DNA of 54,854 nt, filler included, from Sluysia triapertura (GCA_046118255.1; 4 parts of 4 records of this genome joined end to end with filler, not necessarily neighbours in it), one strand, 5' to 3'. Shown: positions 1 to 14,023, counted from the whole stretch's first letter. Numbers and translations are program-made. Notes: a model not told the origin generated them from the sequence alone.

Positions 1-1099
1 ATACCTTATCTTAGTTCTTTAATAACGCTCTACTTATCATATTATTCCAAGTTTTGACCCTTATATCAACCCTTATCTTTCACTAATCCCAACATTATTA
101 GAGTTTTAACATAAAATTTAAATTTATCTTTAATCTTATAAACCATGATTTTAATCCTTGAACATTCAAAGGTTCCAAACATTTTTCGAAGTTACTCGAA
201 GGCCTCAAAAATTTATTAAGGTCTTAAACGTCTTCAAAGACTCCAAAAGATCAAGAAGGTTTCAAGTGATCCCAAGGTTCAGAAGTTCAAAGCTGTCTTC
301 ATACTTCAAGACATTTTTCCAAACCTTACTTAAGTCTTCATAATGGCCTCAATACCCTACAAAGGTCTTTGGAACTCCAAGGTATTCGTCGTTTCCAAAA
401 TGATTATAAACATTTTACTATTCATTATTCTTGCTTTGAGAATATTTGATTCCGTTTATATTATCATATTTCAGCTATTTTATATCACTTTTTCTTATAT
501 ATTTTTAAATTCACTTACCGTTTAAGCTATATTCTATGCACTGTTGGACTATTGGATTTAACTGGAATTTTTGGAACACAGTAACATAAACTAAAATTAT
601 CCATTTTAAAGTAAGATTATTTATATAAGTTTAGAAAAATCCTAACTTTAATACATAGGAGGTTAAAATATTTGACTTAAAATCTTTAGCTTCATCCTAG
701 ACATTTTAGGCCAGCTTAATTTGTATTTAACTTGCATATAATACTAAAATCTAGTGATATTAAAAGTTATTTTATCTTATTATTATTATATTTGTTTTAT
801 GATTTAATTTAATGACATGCATGTTTATAATTTTTTTCTTTTATTGGTATACACGTTTTGTAATAGATATTAAGTTTTAAAGCTTTATTTCATTATTTTT
901 AAAATCTAAATTCTCTCATCATTTGTTAGACCGTAAAAAGGCTAACTTAAAATATAATTTTTCTTAATTGAATTACAAAAATTTAGTTGTAATAAATAAA
1001 TATTATGTGACCGAATTTTTAAGTTTTATCAGCTACTACGTGACTACTTAAAAATGTTACGTAACGGATTTTAAGAAATCCTAATAGGACGCCTTCTTT

Positions 1100-1470
1100 A
1101 TAGATTTACGCCGTGCTTGTTAGGCGAATTGAACTTTAGATATTTTTTAAGATAGCTTTTCGAGTAGAGAACACTTGCAAATCGTATAATGGTCTTCGTC
1201 GTCATTATTAAAGAGTATTTACAACTTTTCATTGAAAACGCCATAATTACAAGCACTACTACAATTAATGCGATTATAAAGGCGATTGCGGCTATAATTA
1301 GTGTTTTCAGTACGGAGTCGTTTCATAGTAATTCGAACATCATTAAGGTATCTCGTGTGACTTTTAATGCGAAATGTAAATACTCTACTCTTTTAGGTGG
1401 GAAGAGAATTTTAGCTATAATGTGTTGATAGAGAGAAAATCTAAACAAATTGCATAAGGATTTATTAAAT
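1100..1470 (-). pseudogene. Decayed membrane-protein reading frame with one strong transmembrane helix; possibly the C-terminus of a retroelement env
   Basis: Minus-strand translation ...RDTLMMFELL*NDSVLKTLIIAAIAFIIALIVVVLVIMAFSMKSCKYSLIMTTKTIIRFASVLYSKSYLKKYLKF...*. One internal stop; lies downstream of a same-strand gypsy RT fragment. Confidence 0.3.
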
Positions 1471-1664
1471 TATTTGTGATTTTCAGAAGTGATCCTAGTA
1501 CTAAAATTAAATCTAGTATGTCGGATACAATTAAATTTAACTCGAATATTTTTATATAATAATCTAACTTTCACTTCTGTATCCAAATTATGAAACTCAA
1601 AATATTAAGATCGCTGCAGTGAACAAATGAGATCAGCATTACCTAAACCATAGGCAGCAAGTTT

Positions 1665-1860
1665 TTTCTGTTAATTTTTTTCAACTCCCTAAAATCTATG
1701 CCCTATCCTTTTTCTTAACTAGCAATATTGGTGATGAAAATGAGGAAAAACTAGGTCTTATTATTTCAACTTTTTTCAAGATATATCAATTTCATATTGA
1801 TATTACTTTTCGATATTGGTAGATAATGTCATATAAATGTTTTTTGTTTCGTTGTTAAAT
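1665..1860 (-). mobile_element. Ty3/gypsy reverse transcriptase N-terminal fragment
   Basis: Minus-strand translation EIIRPSFSSFSSPILLVKKKD...IDFRELKK matches the gypsy RT motif IIRPSxSPWSSPIVLVKKKDG..CIDYRxLN. Confidence 0.8.
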
Positions 1861-2375
1861 TCTTATTTGTAATTTGAATTTCTTCATAATCTTCATCTAT
1901 ATCCAGTTGTAACTTTATAGTGTTATTTTTGTTTATTTAAAATAGAATTAATATGCGTTTTTAGACTGTAATTTACAACCATTTATCATCATTTATGTAC
2001 TTTATTATTCGAGTTGGTATATTAAAATTAGTATTTATATTTGATTTATCTCATATTGTATTTTAGTGTTTGTAATATTAAACTGATTTTGCAAAATGTA
2101 ATCATAATCTGTTGCAGTTTTCGTTGGTCATATACTTTTAATTTAAATTAAAACGTTCTTCAATTATTTTAATTTTTTAGTTTTAATATATCTACTTCAT
2201 GATGCATATTCGAGTTTCTTATATAGAAATAATAAATTTTATAATACATAAGTGATGTATTGAGTATTTTTATTGATTTAGTTTGTTATTGTCTGATTAT
2301 TTTATATTCTAATTTTAACATGATTTATTTAATTTATTGAATATTGATTAATTATTCGGAAGTAATAAAATTATC

Positions 2376-3424
2376 ATGACTTCTTTTATAGGAACCACTT
2401 GTAATATATCACCTAGTAAGATGATTAAATAATTAGTGAAAAATACTTAAATTACTTTAGTTCGACGTACTGATGCAGCCGAAAAAGCAAAGAAATTTCG
2501 TGAAAAGAAGAAGTGCGAAGAACAAATTCGAAAATGTCAAGTTTTAGAATTGGAGAAACTTTCTCGTACATTGGAAGATGAATTAAAAAAAATCATCGAT
2601 TATAATGTTACTCTTCGAGACCATATATCATTTTTTAGTAAAATTAATAACACTAATATTCAAGAATTACTTGAAAGTATATCACCAAATCAGCATGGTA
2701 ATTTTTTTCTATATTTGAATTTTATAACACGATTTTGCACATATAATTTATTTTAAGTTTTAAATATTTGACTAAATATTTTGAAACATTGTTTCGATTT
2801 TGATTTGTTAAAGTGGTTATTACAATTTTTGAGTTAATATACTAATTTTCATTTTCAGTTAAATTGAAAATATCTACTAGTATAAAAAAATTAATTAATG
2901 ATATTGTAAAAACTCCGGAATCAAATTACTTTGGACCATCACAAGAAATTATTCGACAAGTATCATTACAGCAACATCCTGTTTTCGTAAAATATGAAGT
3001 AGCACCACCATTTGAATGTCAACAGCTTTTCCACAAGTCACAGCAAGCAATAATTCCACAATCTTACAGTCACGTTGAACGTCCTCAAGCACCAACAACC
3101 TCATATGTTGAACAGCAATATCTGCCATCCTCTGGATTTAATTACTTTGAATCACAACTTGTAGCGCCCCAACAAATACAACATTCACAAACTTCATTAG
3201 CACCTCAACAAATAATACATTCACAAACTTCACTACTACCAAAACAAACAGTACTTCCACAAGTTTCATTACCACCCCAAACATATTATTCATATGAACA
3301 CTCACAAATACAATCCGTCCCGGATTATCGACTAATCGATGAATTTAATATTGATGAATTTAATATTGATGAAATTAATATTGATGAAGTTAATATTGAT
3401 CAATTTGATATTGGTAACATGTGA
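2376..3424 (+). CDS. Divergent bZIP transcription factor, 3 exons (2376-2415, 2461-2697, 2859-3424), ~280 aa
   Basis: ATG at 2376; GT-AG introns 2416-2460 and 2698-2858 join in phase. Basic region and zipper IRRTDAAEKAKKFREKKKCEEQIRKCQVLELEKLSRTLEDELKKIIDYNVTLRDHI, followed by a Q/P/S-rich region and an acidic C-terminal tail. Explains ORFs 2550..2756 and 2864..3424. Confidence 0.8.
3161..3283 (+). repeat. Coding 36-nt tandem repeat (~3.5 copies)
   Basis: VAPQQIQHSQTS / LAPQQIIHSQTS / LLPKQTVLPQVS / LPPQ. Confidence 0.8.
3335..3409 (+). repeat. Coding 15-nt tandem repeat (5 copies)
   Basis: ATTGATGAATTTAAT-like units encoding IDEFN IDEFN IDEIN IDEVN IDQFD. Confidence 0.9.
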
Positions 3425-4039
3425 AAAGTGTTTAGGCTAATAATAATATTAATAATACAATTTTTATAGGGCTAACATCTAAGTATTCAAATGTGTTTAG
3501 AATGTGTTTGTCTTTTTAAATAATTTCAAGTATTTGGCATTCTCTGGTTGTTGGTTATCCATTTCTGAAATAAATTTATCAATGTATTTTTTATAAATTG
3601 TTGTACCTTAACGCATTTTTATGTTCAAATATTTTACTCTTTAAATTTAATTTTTGTATTAAACATTTAGGAATTGACTAATATGTTTGCTTTACTTTCA
3701 TTCAATTAAAATTGTTTTAATTTAGTTTTAAAGAAAGAAGCCTATCGTTTTCGATAAAATAATTATATAAATAACAAAGCATTTCGCTAAACAAGACAAT
3801 TGAAAAGTTTTTGAAAATTAAGATTTGTTGGAATCGTGCTCCACTGTTCCATTATATTTAAGTGTTGCTGCATATTTAAAGTGATATATGTTTTATTTGG
3901 GCACAAGAGGAAATAGTAAGGTAATTTCTATTAGGTTTTGTCCTTAGATAACTAAAGGTTTAAACTCTTCATTCATAATCATAAAAACCTTTATTATTAA
4001 AATCATTAAATCATTTTCGATAGTAATCTTAATATGGAT

Positions 4040-5085
4040 AGTGATACTATGAAAATGGATAAAACGGATTATTAGTATTAGTAAAAAAAGATGAACAATA
4101 GGATTTTGTGTAAACTTTAGAGAACAGAATAAAATAACTAGAAAAGATGTTTTCCAGTTGCGAAGAATAGACGAAATGTTGGATAAGTTGGGAACGCCAC
4201 TTTTCACGACTCTGCAAATAGAAATTGCAGAAAAAGGTAAGTACAAAACGACATTTACATGTATTAATGAATTATATGAATGTGAAAAAATGACATTCGG
4301 ATTACAACTTTTCAACGATGTAAGAACTTCGTTTCATCGGTTTCAAAAATGTTATGGTACATATTGATGTTCTGATAATTCTTTCAGTAAATTTTGAAGC
4401 CCATTTAAAGGATATCAATAATATTTTTAAAAAATTAGAAGTAGCTAGATTAAAAATAAAACATACGAAATACGCTTGGTCCAATTGAACTTTTAGGACA
4501 TATTGTATCAAAAAATTGTCTTAAGATTAATTCTCGAAATATTAAAAAGGTCATCATATCTAAGAGGTTCAAAGTTTCTTAGCACTCGAAAATTATTATA
4601 AAAGATTCGTCAGTGATTTCGCAAAAATCGCAGTCATTAACTAAAATGATGTTCAATTTAAATGGATCATTGAACAAACAATTGCATTTACATTTAAAGG
4701 ACTCACTGTGGCAACAGTATTAATCTTCCCGGATGTTATTAAACTTTTTATATTGACAACTGATGCCAGTAACTACGCCACTGGAACGATAGTAATAATT
4801 TAGAACACGTTATAGCTAACACAAGCCGGTGTCTAAATAAAGCTGAAATGAATCATTTCACTATAGAAAAGGAATGTTTGGTAATTTTGCACACATATAA
4901 ATTGTTTAGATATTATTTATTAGGCAAAATGTTTATTTATATGCGGATCACAAACATATGACTTATTTATACAACCACAGAGACTAAATATATGGTTTAC
5001 TAAATTTTCAGAATTGGATTTGGAAATTATTTGCGAATCTAGAAATCAAAATAATGAAGCTGATTCTATGTTCAGGTTAACCAAC
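4040..5085 (+). mobile_element. Decayed Ty3/gypsy pol (RT + RNase H)
   Basis: FCVNFREQNKITRKDVFQLRRIDEMLDKLG; KTTFTC..YECEKMTFGL; YIDVLII (degenerate YxDD); FILTTDASNYATG; SRCLNKAEMNHFTIEKECLVI; NNEADSMFRL. Multiple stops and frameshifts. Confidence 0.9.
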
Positions 5086-8000
5086 ATCAATGACAACGGT
5101 AAGACAAATTTTATACATTTTGTTGGGATTTTCCAGTTAAGTATACAGAAAATAGGTTAAAAGCTAAAAGAATTCAAATAAATACAAGAAAATATGATGT
5201 AAAATATCTTAAGTATAATAATATTATAGAAGCATTATTTTAATCATTATCTTAAAGTAAAAAGTTATTATTTTTATCTATTTTTTAATCATTACCTATT
5301 TATGTATAAATTAATTATTACTAAATTTTTATTATTGTATTTTATTAATTTTGAAAAATAATCTTAGATTAAAATTGAGCATTATGTTATAGTTTAAACA
5401 AACATTAGTATTATTATTATTATCATTAATCTTATTATGATCATTATCATTATTATTATTAAAATTTAATTACGTCAAACCATATTTATAATATACAATC
5501 TATTTTTAGATTAAATAAATTCATGCGACAAAATGTATTTAATTATTATGCATAACTATTCAATTGTTTAAACATACATAAAGACATGATTAATTTATTA
5601 TTAAGGTAACTACAAAGTGTAAATATTATTCAGACATTATCAAGTATAAAATATTTTATATAGTTTTATTAAGAATTGTGATGTTTGTTTATTCTGTAAT
5701 TGTGTTTTCAAAGTTTAACTATGTAAGATTTATCTTCATTTATGTCTAAATTAGAACTTTTTTCATTATCTAATTATTTTGTGCTATATCAAAAGGTATT
5801 TAATATAGAAATTTTGAATAATATTTTACAAGAATATTAAAAAATTTTAGTTTATATTTGAAAGGAAATTATATTTCATACTTTAAGAAGACATATTTTA
5901 CAATTGGAGAAAACTATATTTTATAAATAAACTATAGTTTATATTTGTTGTATTGGTCATATTTGGAAGAGAAAATTAAATTGTTTATATATTTTATTTG
6001 AAGAAAAGAAACAATACTTAATTTATCAATTTAATCTCTGGAAATTCAATTTAATAGTTTACCTTAACTAATTGTTAGTCTTCTGATCATTTTAAGAAAA
6101 ATTTTAAATTAATTGCATAAACTACACTTAACTTTAAATTATAATTTAGTAATATTTATTTACAAAATAAATTTTGTTTTATGAATTACGAGATAACTTT
6201 TGTATATTTGATATTACATAAAAGCATTTGACGATTGAAATTTGTATTCCTATATAAGTTTGATTTTACATTTCTTTTAAGTATATAATTATACTGATAT
6301 TATTGATTTTTGTGTTTATATTAATAAATAGATCATAATGTTCATTATGTCTTTTTTAGAACTTGTATATTAGTAAACATTTAAACATTTTGATAATTTT
6401 TTGGAAAATAAAATACTTGAAATTAATATTCTGCAACCTTCGAGTCATAATAATACTCCATTTATTCTTTAAATTATAAAAGATTAAGGAAACTCAATTG
6501 CCGTAATCATCTAGAATTTAGAAATATGTAGAATTAAGAATAAATATAAACATATACCTCCAATCTTATTTTTCTTAAGCTGTAAATCTATGTTCTGGCC
6601 CTCCAGCATCACAGAGAACTTACGATAAGAATAAGGCATCTAATTCAAATCAAATATCTATCTTTAATCACACAAATCTCCACATATATTAACAATTGAT
6701 TTTTGGAAGGCTGTATACACAAATTATTTTTAAAAAAGACTTAATTATGTGGGTAACATTTTATCTATTTTTTATTACTAAAAGTTGAACTGATATTTTT
6801 TATTCATTTAGTCTTTATTCATTTTCGAAGTATTTAATTATTAATTCATTTTTAGCTGACAGGTAACTGATAGGAAAGTTTCCTTATCAGTTTCATTTTT
6901 GGCTAACTTTATTACAAAAAGAAGTTATTTTTATTCGATTATTTATTATTTTAACATTGGTATTAATATCTATTTCTTTATTTATAATTTGATTCTGAAA
7001 ATTTAACTTAAAATAAAAAGAAAATTTAGTTACATTTGATTAAGTAATTAGTGTTAGTTTTTAAAATTTATCGTGATAAACCATTTTATCGTGATAAGCA
7101 GCAGTTAAGACTAATAGAGATAATAATGATAATATTAATATTATTATTACATTATAATAATATGCATTATTATTAATATTATTAATAATAATTTAAATAA
7201 TTAAAATAGTACTAATACTAATACAATGTACCAATTTTAATTGTACTCATTTATATAATATATATAATGTTATATAATAAAACCTGATAACAATATGGTG
7301 ATAATAAATAATTTAGTTAGGTGTTCACTTTTTCAACTCTTCAAAAGTTTACGCTGCTTTGATTCCACTTCAATATATAAATTATCTTAAAATTAATAAT
7401 AATTTTAATTTCATTATTAAATAATATAATTAATTTACAATTAAATAAAATTTTTAAATCTTATTAAATAAAAATTTTAAAATAAAACAAATTTATTTAC
7501 TTTTGATGTGTTGAAAAACATTCTATGTACATAAACAATTCAAATAGCAAATACAATTCAATTTAAATAGCAACATGAACTTATTTATTTAATTAAATTA
7601 AAATAATTATTGAATATTAAAATTAATTCTTTCAATGTTACAAAGCTATCAAAAGCAAATGAATTAAAAATCCAAACTAAAAAATAATGAAAAAATATAG
7701 AAATAAATCTAAATAGTATTGTTATAATAATAATAATAATAATTAAAAATGATATTTATTTGTCAGTTATAACATGCTCGAGATAGCACATTGATCTCTG
7801 ATTGCCTTCAGTCAGTAAAAGATTCAACTGTATTTTGAATTAATAAATATATTTTGAAAAATGTGTATACACTTACATTTTTGGCATATTATCTCTTACT
7901 ACTCTAGGCTATTTCAATTTATTTTTAACTGCAAAACACTTTATTATAAATATTGACGAACTTCTTTTAAATTATGAAACTTGTGTCGCAATGGAAAATA

Positions 8001-8149
8001 AGAATTTTATGTAAAATGATAGATATATTTTATTGAATTTTATTTGAAATATGATATTTGTTTTATTGACTCATTTAATAAAAATGGATAATTTCATAAC
8101 GAATCAAAAAATTGAATAAGTAATTACAAGGTTATATTTTATTAATAAG

Positions 8150-8800
8150 AATCACTCACAGAAACAATGAGAACTTATAGAAAGGAAATAAATGAAAAAT
8201 GTTCCCTTAAAGAGTCTCAAATCAGAAGAGGAGAGAAATGACTATTAAGGATCAAATAATTTTAAAACTTTCGTAAAAACATTAAACATAAAATAGCATA
8301 AATTCCAAAAATAGAATGATTAATTAAAATCTTAATTACAAAAATAATTCTAGAATGGAGAATGCTATTTAAACTCATCAGCATGTTTTAAACTGACCTT
8401 TTGATTCTCAGAAATAAAATTTATTATACAGTAAAATCTCGGCTTTCTTATTTTGTGGCATTAAAAGAAAACTGGTAATAAATAAAGTTAAGAAATTAAC
8501 AAAGTAAATTAATTTATTGACCTGTTGTACTTAAGTTATTCTACTAAAACCAAAATTTATTAATTTTATATATAATATTTGGCAATATTTAAAATATTGA
8601 TTGGTGGCAATATATAAAATTGGTATTAAATCAAGATATGACTATAATTTGAATGATATAATGAGAATTAATCGAGTATGAGATGATTCGATGAATGAGA
8701 ATAATATGAAATTGTACTCGAAATTTTTCTATGTTTTGTTCTAATATTAGAACCTTCAATGAATAAGTGAAAACTGATGTTGTTTATTTTGATTTTGAGT
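8150..8800 (+). mobile_element. Possible highly decayed CR1/L2-type LINE remnant
   Basis: KTDVVYFDF at ~8770-8797 resembles the LINE RT motif DVIYxDFxKAFD; the upstream part is A-rich coding-like sequence. Weak support. Confidence 0.3.
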
Positions 8801-11800
8801 AGAAGTTAGAAAATAACTAACTGTAATATTTGAATTGAATGTCTACCAATTTCATTAAGAAAAATTCGTTTCTGGTGTTGAAATTAATAAAGTAATTAAC
8901 AATGACACAGATTAAATTGATTTTGGCTATTCTTTAAATGAAAACAGCAAATTAATAAAACGAAATCAATTAATAACGTTTTTGAATTCAACTCATTCAA
9001 TAAATTATATTTTAATTATTTTTTTAATATTATTATTTTATAATTGAAAATTGTTGAATTTATAATTAGCTTTTATATTTTATAAGTGAATAAATTATTC
9101 AATGAATAAATTTTTACAATATTTTCCAAAATCTGGTGATTCTAGCTTCGGCACTGAATCATAGAGCGCCAAGCAAAAAATAAAACAATTGTTTTATATC
9201 TCTAAGCAAAACATACAATAGAGATTTATCAAATATTCATGTAGTTTTTAATAAAAAATATTGATACGCAATAAAATATTTGGACTTTCTACATTATTTA
9301 TTATTCATATAATTTAAGTATATTAAAAATAAGTACAATGTGCAATTTATAAAATCAGAAATTAAAATTTTAATAAATTTTATGCAAATTTTACATTTAC
9401 TTCAATAAAATTCAAACATTGATATTTTACTTTCAAGTAGAGCTTGAATAATTAAAAATTGAATTTATTTAAACAAATATTACAAACATAGAATATAAAT
9501 GCAAGATAAAAATATGTGTACAGGAAAAATGTTTTAGATTTTAAATTTGGTCTGTTTTATTTGATGTTTAAAGAAGATAAAATAAATGAAATGCTCATCG
9601 AATGTAGGAAAAGATTGTAGTTCATAGTTTTCTTTATTTGTTACGAAAGAAAATTTTTTAACTTCAATTTCCAACATCAGAGCATTTTATATTAGTTGAA
9701 ATATTACGACAGTTTAAATAATTATGGAAAATTAAAAGAATTAAAAGTAAAAGTTTAGAATAAGAGTGATTAATTATTAGCAAACTTAGACTAAGTTTAA
9801 AGTCAAAAAGTAATAGCATAAAGCGATTTATTAAAGAATCATAAATTTATATTTTTATATTTAATCAAAATCATTTATTTAAATTATGTGCATTAAAGTA
9901 ATATGTATTATTAGATCAATCTAATTAAAATTCGAGAAAACATTTGGAAATATTTTCATAATGTATTGTTGCTTAAATTTTATTTTGATTATATAAGGTA
10001 GAAATTAACTTAAAATATAATTTGCCGAATTTCCAAATTTTATGAATTATGCTTCCAGCAATAATTTATAAAATTTTCAACGATGAAGTAAATGAATTTA
10101 ATATTAATAAATTAAAATTCTAAACTTATTTGACAACAATATTTAAAATATTTTGGGAATGAAATTTGTGCGTAGAAATAAAATGTGCATTGATAAATCA
10201 TTAAATTCACATCATAAAGGTTGTTTGGATATGTAGGAATCGAACCCAGCACATATTTACTCACAAAACGTTATTTCACAACTTGCTGTGTTGCACCTTC
10301 TACAACAATTTTAAATATCTTTGAGGTCAAAGCACAAAATCAAAATGAAATTTAATCTCATTTATATTCTTTCACGACAAAACATTAAACATAATTAATC
10401 ATAACAATTATATGATTCATAAATATGAATCAATTAATCAATTGTAATGACGTAATGAAGTAAATACTTTTTGATATGTCATAAAACTGTAACTGTTTAT
10501 CTTAATTTAAACTCGTAATATTTGTCTAATAACTCTTAATCATTTTCCAGCTATTTGTGATATAACTTCGACACTAACATTTTCTTATAATAATTTGGGG
10601 TTTTGGTGGTTTTAAAGAAAGGTCAAGTGTCACTTATATATGATAGTACAAGTGTATGATTGGATGAATTATTTTGTAAACAATGCTGCATCGATTAATT
10701 TATGAATTCGAACCACAAGTGAAACGAAAATAATATAATTTTGAAAAATGACGTTATTTAATTTTAAAATGGATTTATGATACATATTAACTTTTGCAAA
10801 ATAAATTTAAGCTTTAATAAATTATTATTATTAAATATAATTATAACTATAATTATAACTATTATAATTATTATTAAATATAATTATTATTAAATATAAT
10901 TATAACTTATAGACAACTTAGAAGTGACGTTATTTTTAGGTTTATCTACAATAGGTATTTTAAAGATTTATGCTCTATTATTCGGCAGGAAATTGTATCG
11001 TGGAATTTCAATTTTTAGCAATACCCACATGTGAACAAGAAGATTTCTATTGTTTTATAAGTAGATTATTATTAGATTATTTCGCGTACCTTTTAAGGCG
11101 AAATAGAAATACTCTATTCGTTCAGTTGAAAATGAAATATGTCGTTCTTTATTTGCAAGAAAATCGGAGCATAGTGCGAATGGATTTACTAAATTGTTAA
11201 AATAATATTCATACTTAACCCAAGTACTAAAATTGAGACAATGTTACAATTTTTATGTAACATTGTAACTTTTATTTTTATGGTGAGCTCAAAACCAAAA
11301 CACATTTATCTTAAACAAAATCTTACACACAATCTAACACAAAATATCAAATCAACAAATAACATAAATGAATCAGAAACAATCGTCACATGACATTAAA
11401 CGCTAATTTACCATATCTTCATAATAACAGTCACAATAATGGTAGCGATACTCATTTCAACAATTACAGACAGATATAAACTAAAATTAAAAATTATTAT
11501 TAAAATTACTATTATTGTGTCATTGTTATTTAAATTGTTATTGTTATATATTATCTTTTTATCCTTCTATTTTAAATAAATCAATTCTCTTATTTTATTA
11601 ATTATGTTATTGTTTTCCGTCTCTTGTCGCTTTCATTTTAACCCTATTTTACCTTCATTTTTATGTGTCATATTTATTCATTCTCAATGTTATGAGATAC
11701 ATTTTATCATCTATTGTACATACTAGAACAAATTCGAAAGATTTACATTATCATTTTACCGATTAATTTCAATAGGCAATAATTAAGGAACCTGAACTAA

Positions 11801-11801
11801 T

Positions 11802-11901
11802 NNNNNNNNNNNNNNNNNNNNNNNNNNNNNNNNNNNNNNNNNNNNTTAATTAATTAANNNNNNNNNNNNNNNNNNNNNNNNNNNNNNNNNNNNNNNNNNN
11901 N
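11802..11901. other. Assembly gap with TTAATTAATTAA linker
   Basis: N runs flanking an artificial stop linker; identical layout at all three gaps. Confidence 0.97.
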
Positions 11902-12109
11902 AACCAGAATAGAAGAAAATTATATACTTTTGCTGTAAGAAAGCTGATTCAATACAGTAGTGGCAAACACTGATTGAACCCTATATTTCTTTAGAAATCT
12001 GTCTAAATTTTAAGCCCATTTATTTGTGGTTAGTGAACCTTGAGTTCTTATTGTTTAGTTATTCTTAGTTCTTATTGTTTATTGTATTCTGGGTACTAAC
12101 ATTTATTTG

Positions 12110-12321
12110 TGTTGTGTAACCCCTGAGAATGAGTAATATAATTGAATTTTTATTTTATTGAGTAATTGATTATTATAAGAAAGATAACTGTGCTATATTG
12201 ACTTAATTATTATTTGATTTCTTATTGTGATATATTGTGACATCATGTAATATATTGAGATTGAAGCTTATTCAATTGTCTTTTATAATTTAAAGATTAT
12301 TAAACAGATAAAAACACAACA
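12110..12321 (+). mobile_element. LTR-like sequence
   Basis: Inverted termini TGTTGTGT...ACACAACA. The 5' end GTTGTGTAACCCCTGA resembles the start of the LTR at 13654 (GTTGTGTCACCCATGA). No clear TSD. Confidence 0.55.
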
Positions 12322-12417
12322 TGACACTTTTTTAAAAATATTCCAAAATGTTTCGAAATTTTGTTAAGTATTTGTGCTGTTGTTATAAAGATAAAAAATT
12401 ATTAAACAATTTAAACT

Positions 12418-12895
12418 TTACCAGATGAAGTTGACGAACAAGAATCTGAACTTAATGTTATGGCAGATGTAGCGTCAGATATATTATCTTGTTCGATGCG
12501 TGGTAAACGAGTATTACAAGTTATTACGACTACAATATCTAATACGCTGAGAAGTGTAAACTGGCAAGAACGTCAGTGATATTTCATCATGTGGTGAAGG
12601 TTTATCACGTGTCACGGAAAGTTTGGATTATGAAAATGCCGAGTGCAAGCTTATGACGGTGCAGCTTTTGTGAATCTCTTCAAAGCCATTTCAAAAGATA
12701 TAAATCTGATTTATTTACCGAGAATAGCAAAAAAGTATTACCAAGTTATTGAATTAAAATTTAGTGAATTGATTAATTTTGTGACCGTAAATTAGTAATC
12801 GAACAAATTGTAACTACAATAGCAGCTCTTGCTTTTACTATTAGCGTTTCGTTTATGCCTTATTATGATCAATCTATGATTCTAATTAGAATATT
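12418..12895 (+). pseudogene. IPO5: Importin-5 (karyopherin beta-3) pseudogene fragment
   Basis: DEVDEQESELNVMADVASDILSCSMRGKRVLQVITTTISNTLRSVNWQER..ISSCGEG; RVQAYDGAAFVNLFKAISKDINLIYLPRI; KLVIEQIVTTIAALAFTISVSFMPYYD. Collinear with recalled IPO5 segments (ALDRMACGLGGKLVL; RVQAHAAAALINF; LVLEQVVTSIASVAD..FVPYYD). Has frameshifts and an internal deletion. Confidence 0.85.
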
Positions 12896-13653
12896 GTCGC
12901 AGCATTGTTGTACTGGACAAAAGCCACGTTTAAAGAAGCTATTTTTAAATCTTACGATTATTCCCATTAAAGTTTCTCATTTAATAAGTATAAATAAAGT
13001 AAGTAGATGGTTTGAAGACACTGACGTGTGTTTCGCATTACGTAAATTATTTCTCTTATTACACGTGTTAAGGTCACGTGAACATACTTTTCTAATGAGA
13101 AGCTCAGCAAACTAAAGAAACATCCTAAGGAAACTAAGGAAACATACTGTTTCCGTTGTCGCCGGTGTTTGTCTCTAATTTGAACTCAAGCCTCTGTTCA
13201 ACATCCGTAGGTCTCCTTCACAAGATGATCAATCGAATCAATTCACAAAATCATTCCTGACTAGAAAATCAAGTCTACAACGTCCAGTAGTCAGTCCATA
13301 CTCCGCACGACAAATCCGCAGATACTCGAAGCACTCTTAAAAAGCAAGTTTGCCTTATTTTATCGATTAACTTATTTTATTGATTAATTTATTGATTTGT
13401 CGGATTTATTTTTATTGTTTAAAACATGATGTGTCTAATTATTTTGTTTTTTATGTATTTTTAACCAACGTTTCAAATCTAATACGTTTCAGATTTAATA
13501 TAGGACTTTAAGTCCCACCTTCTCTTTAAATCCAATTTTAATGTAATTCCAATTGCACATAACTTAATCAATATATCTAAAACAAACGCCTCACAGCAAT
13601 TATATTTTGCATTGATTATATTTGGTATTAATACGGGTGCGAAAATTTAAATA

Positions 13654-13911
13654 AGTTGTGTCACCCATGATTGTGATTTGTTTTTAAAGAATAATTTACT
13701 TTATTATAAAGTATAATTTATAATATTGTTATAGATAATAATTTGTATTATGTTATATAGAGTACTTTGTATTGTTGTTATAAAGAATAATTTATATTTT
13801 TTAGTTGTAATTTTGTGATAATTCAAAGAATATATAGACAATCTGAATTTGTTTAATTATTGAGTTTTTAATTGATAATTTGTAAAATAAAAAAGTATAA
13901 AAGACACAACA
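13654..13911 (+). mobile_element. 5' LTR of a gypsy element, followed by a PBS-like TGGTGTCCCAGA
   Basis: 8-bp inverted termini GTTGTGTC...GACACAAC, AATAAA near the 3' end, TGG-initiated motif at ~13918, and gag directly downstream. Confidence 0.65.
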
Positions 13912-14023
13912 TAAAATTTGGTGTCCCAGATAAGTATTATTATATAAACTTGTTTTAATCAAAGAATAAGTTTATATAAGAATAAGATTTTATATTATAT
14001 GACAAAAAACACAAAAAAGAGAA

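Noticed and set aside
158-525. ORFs 158..343 and 343..525
   Set aside because: Loosely repetitive, compositionally biased sequence with no recognisable domain.
3335-3409. Periodic repeats considered as a CRISPR-like array
   Set aside because: Contiguous in-frame coding repeats with no spacers, in a eukaryotic context; no CRISPR array is seen in the window.
3944-4511. Minus-strand ORFs 3944..4315 and 4302..4511
   Set aside because: Antisense shadows of the plus-strand gypsy pol.
10225-10300. GGTTCGATTCC B-box on the minus strand, suggesting a tRNA
   Set aside because: No cloverleaf or A-box could be built; at most a decayed tRNA-derived SINE.
10970-11200. 76-aa ORF in a coding-like patch
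   Set aside because: No recognisable motif in the frames I translated, so no call can be supported.
11846-11857. TTAATTAATTAA centred in all three N gaps
   Set aside because: Artificial scaffolding linker, not biological.
12855-13115. 86-aa ORF starting MPYYDQ
   Set aside because: Only its first residues belong to the IPO5 fragment; the rest runs into unrelated sequence.
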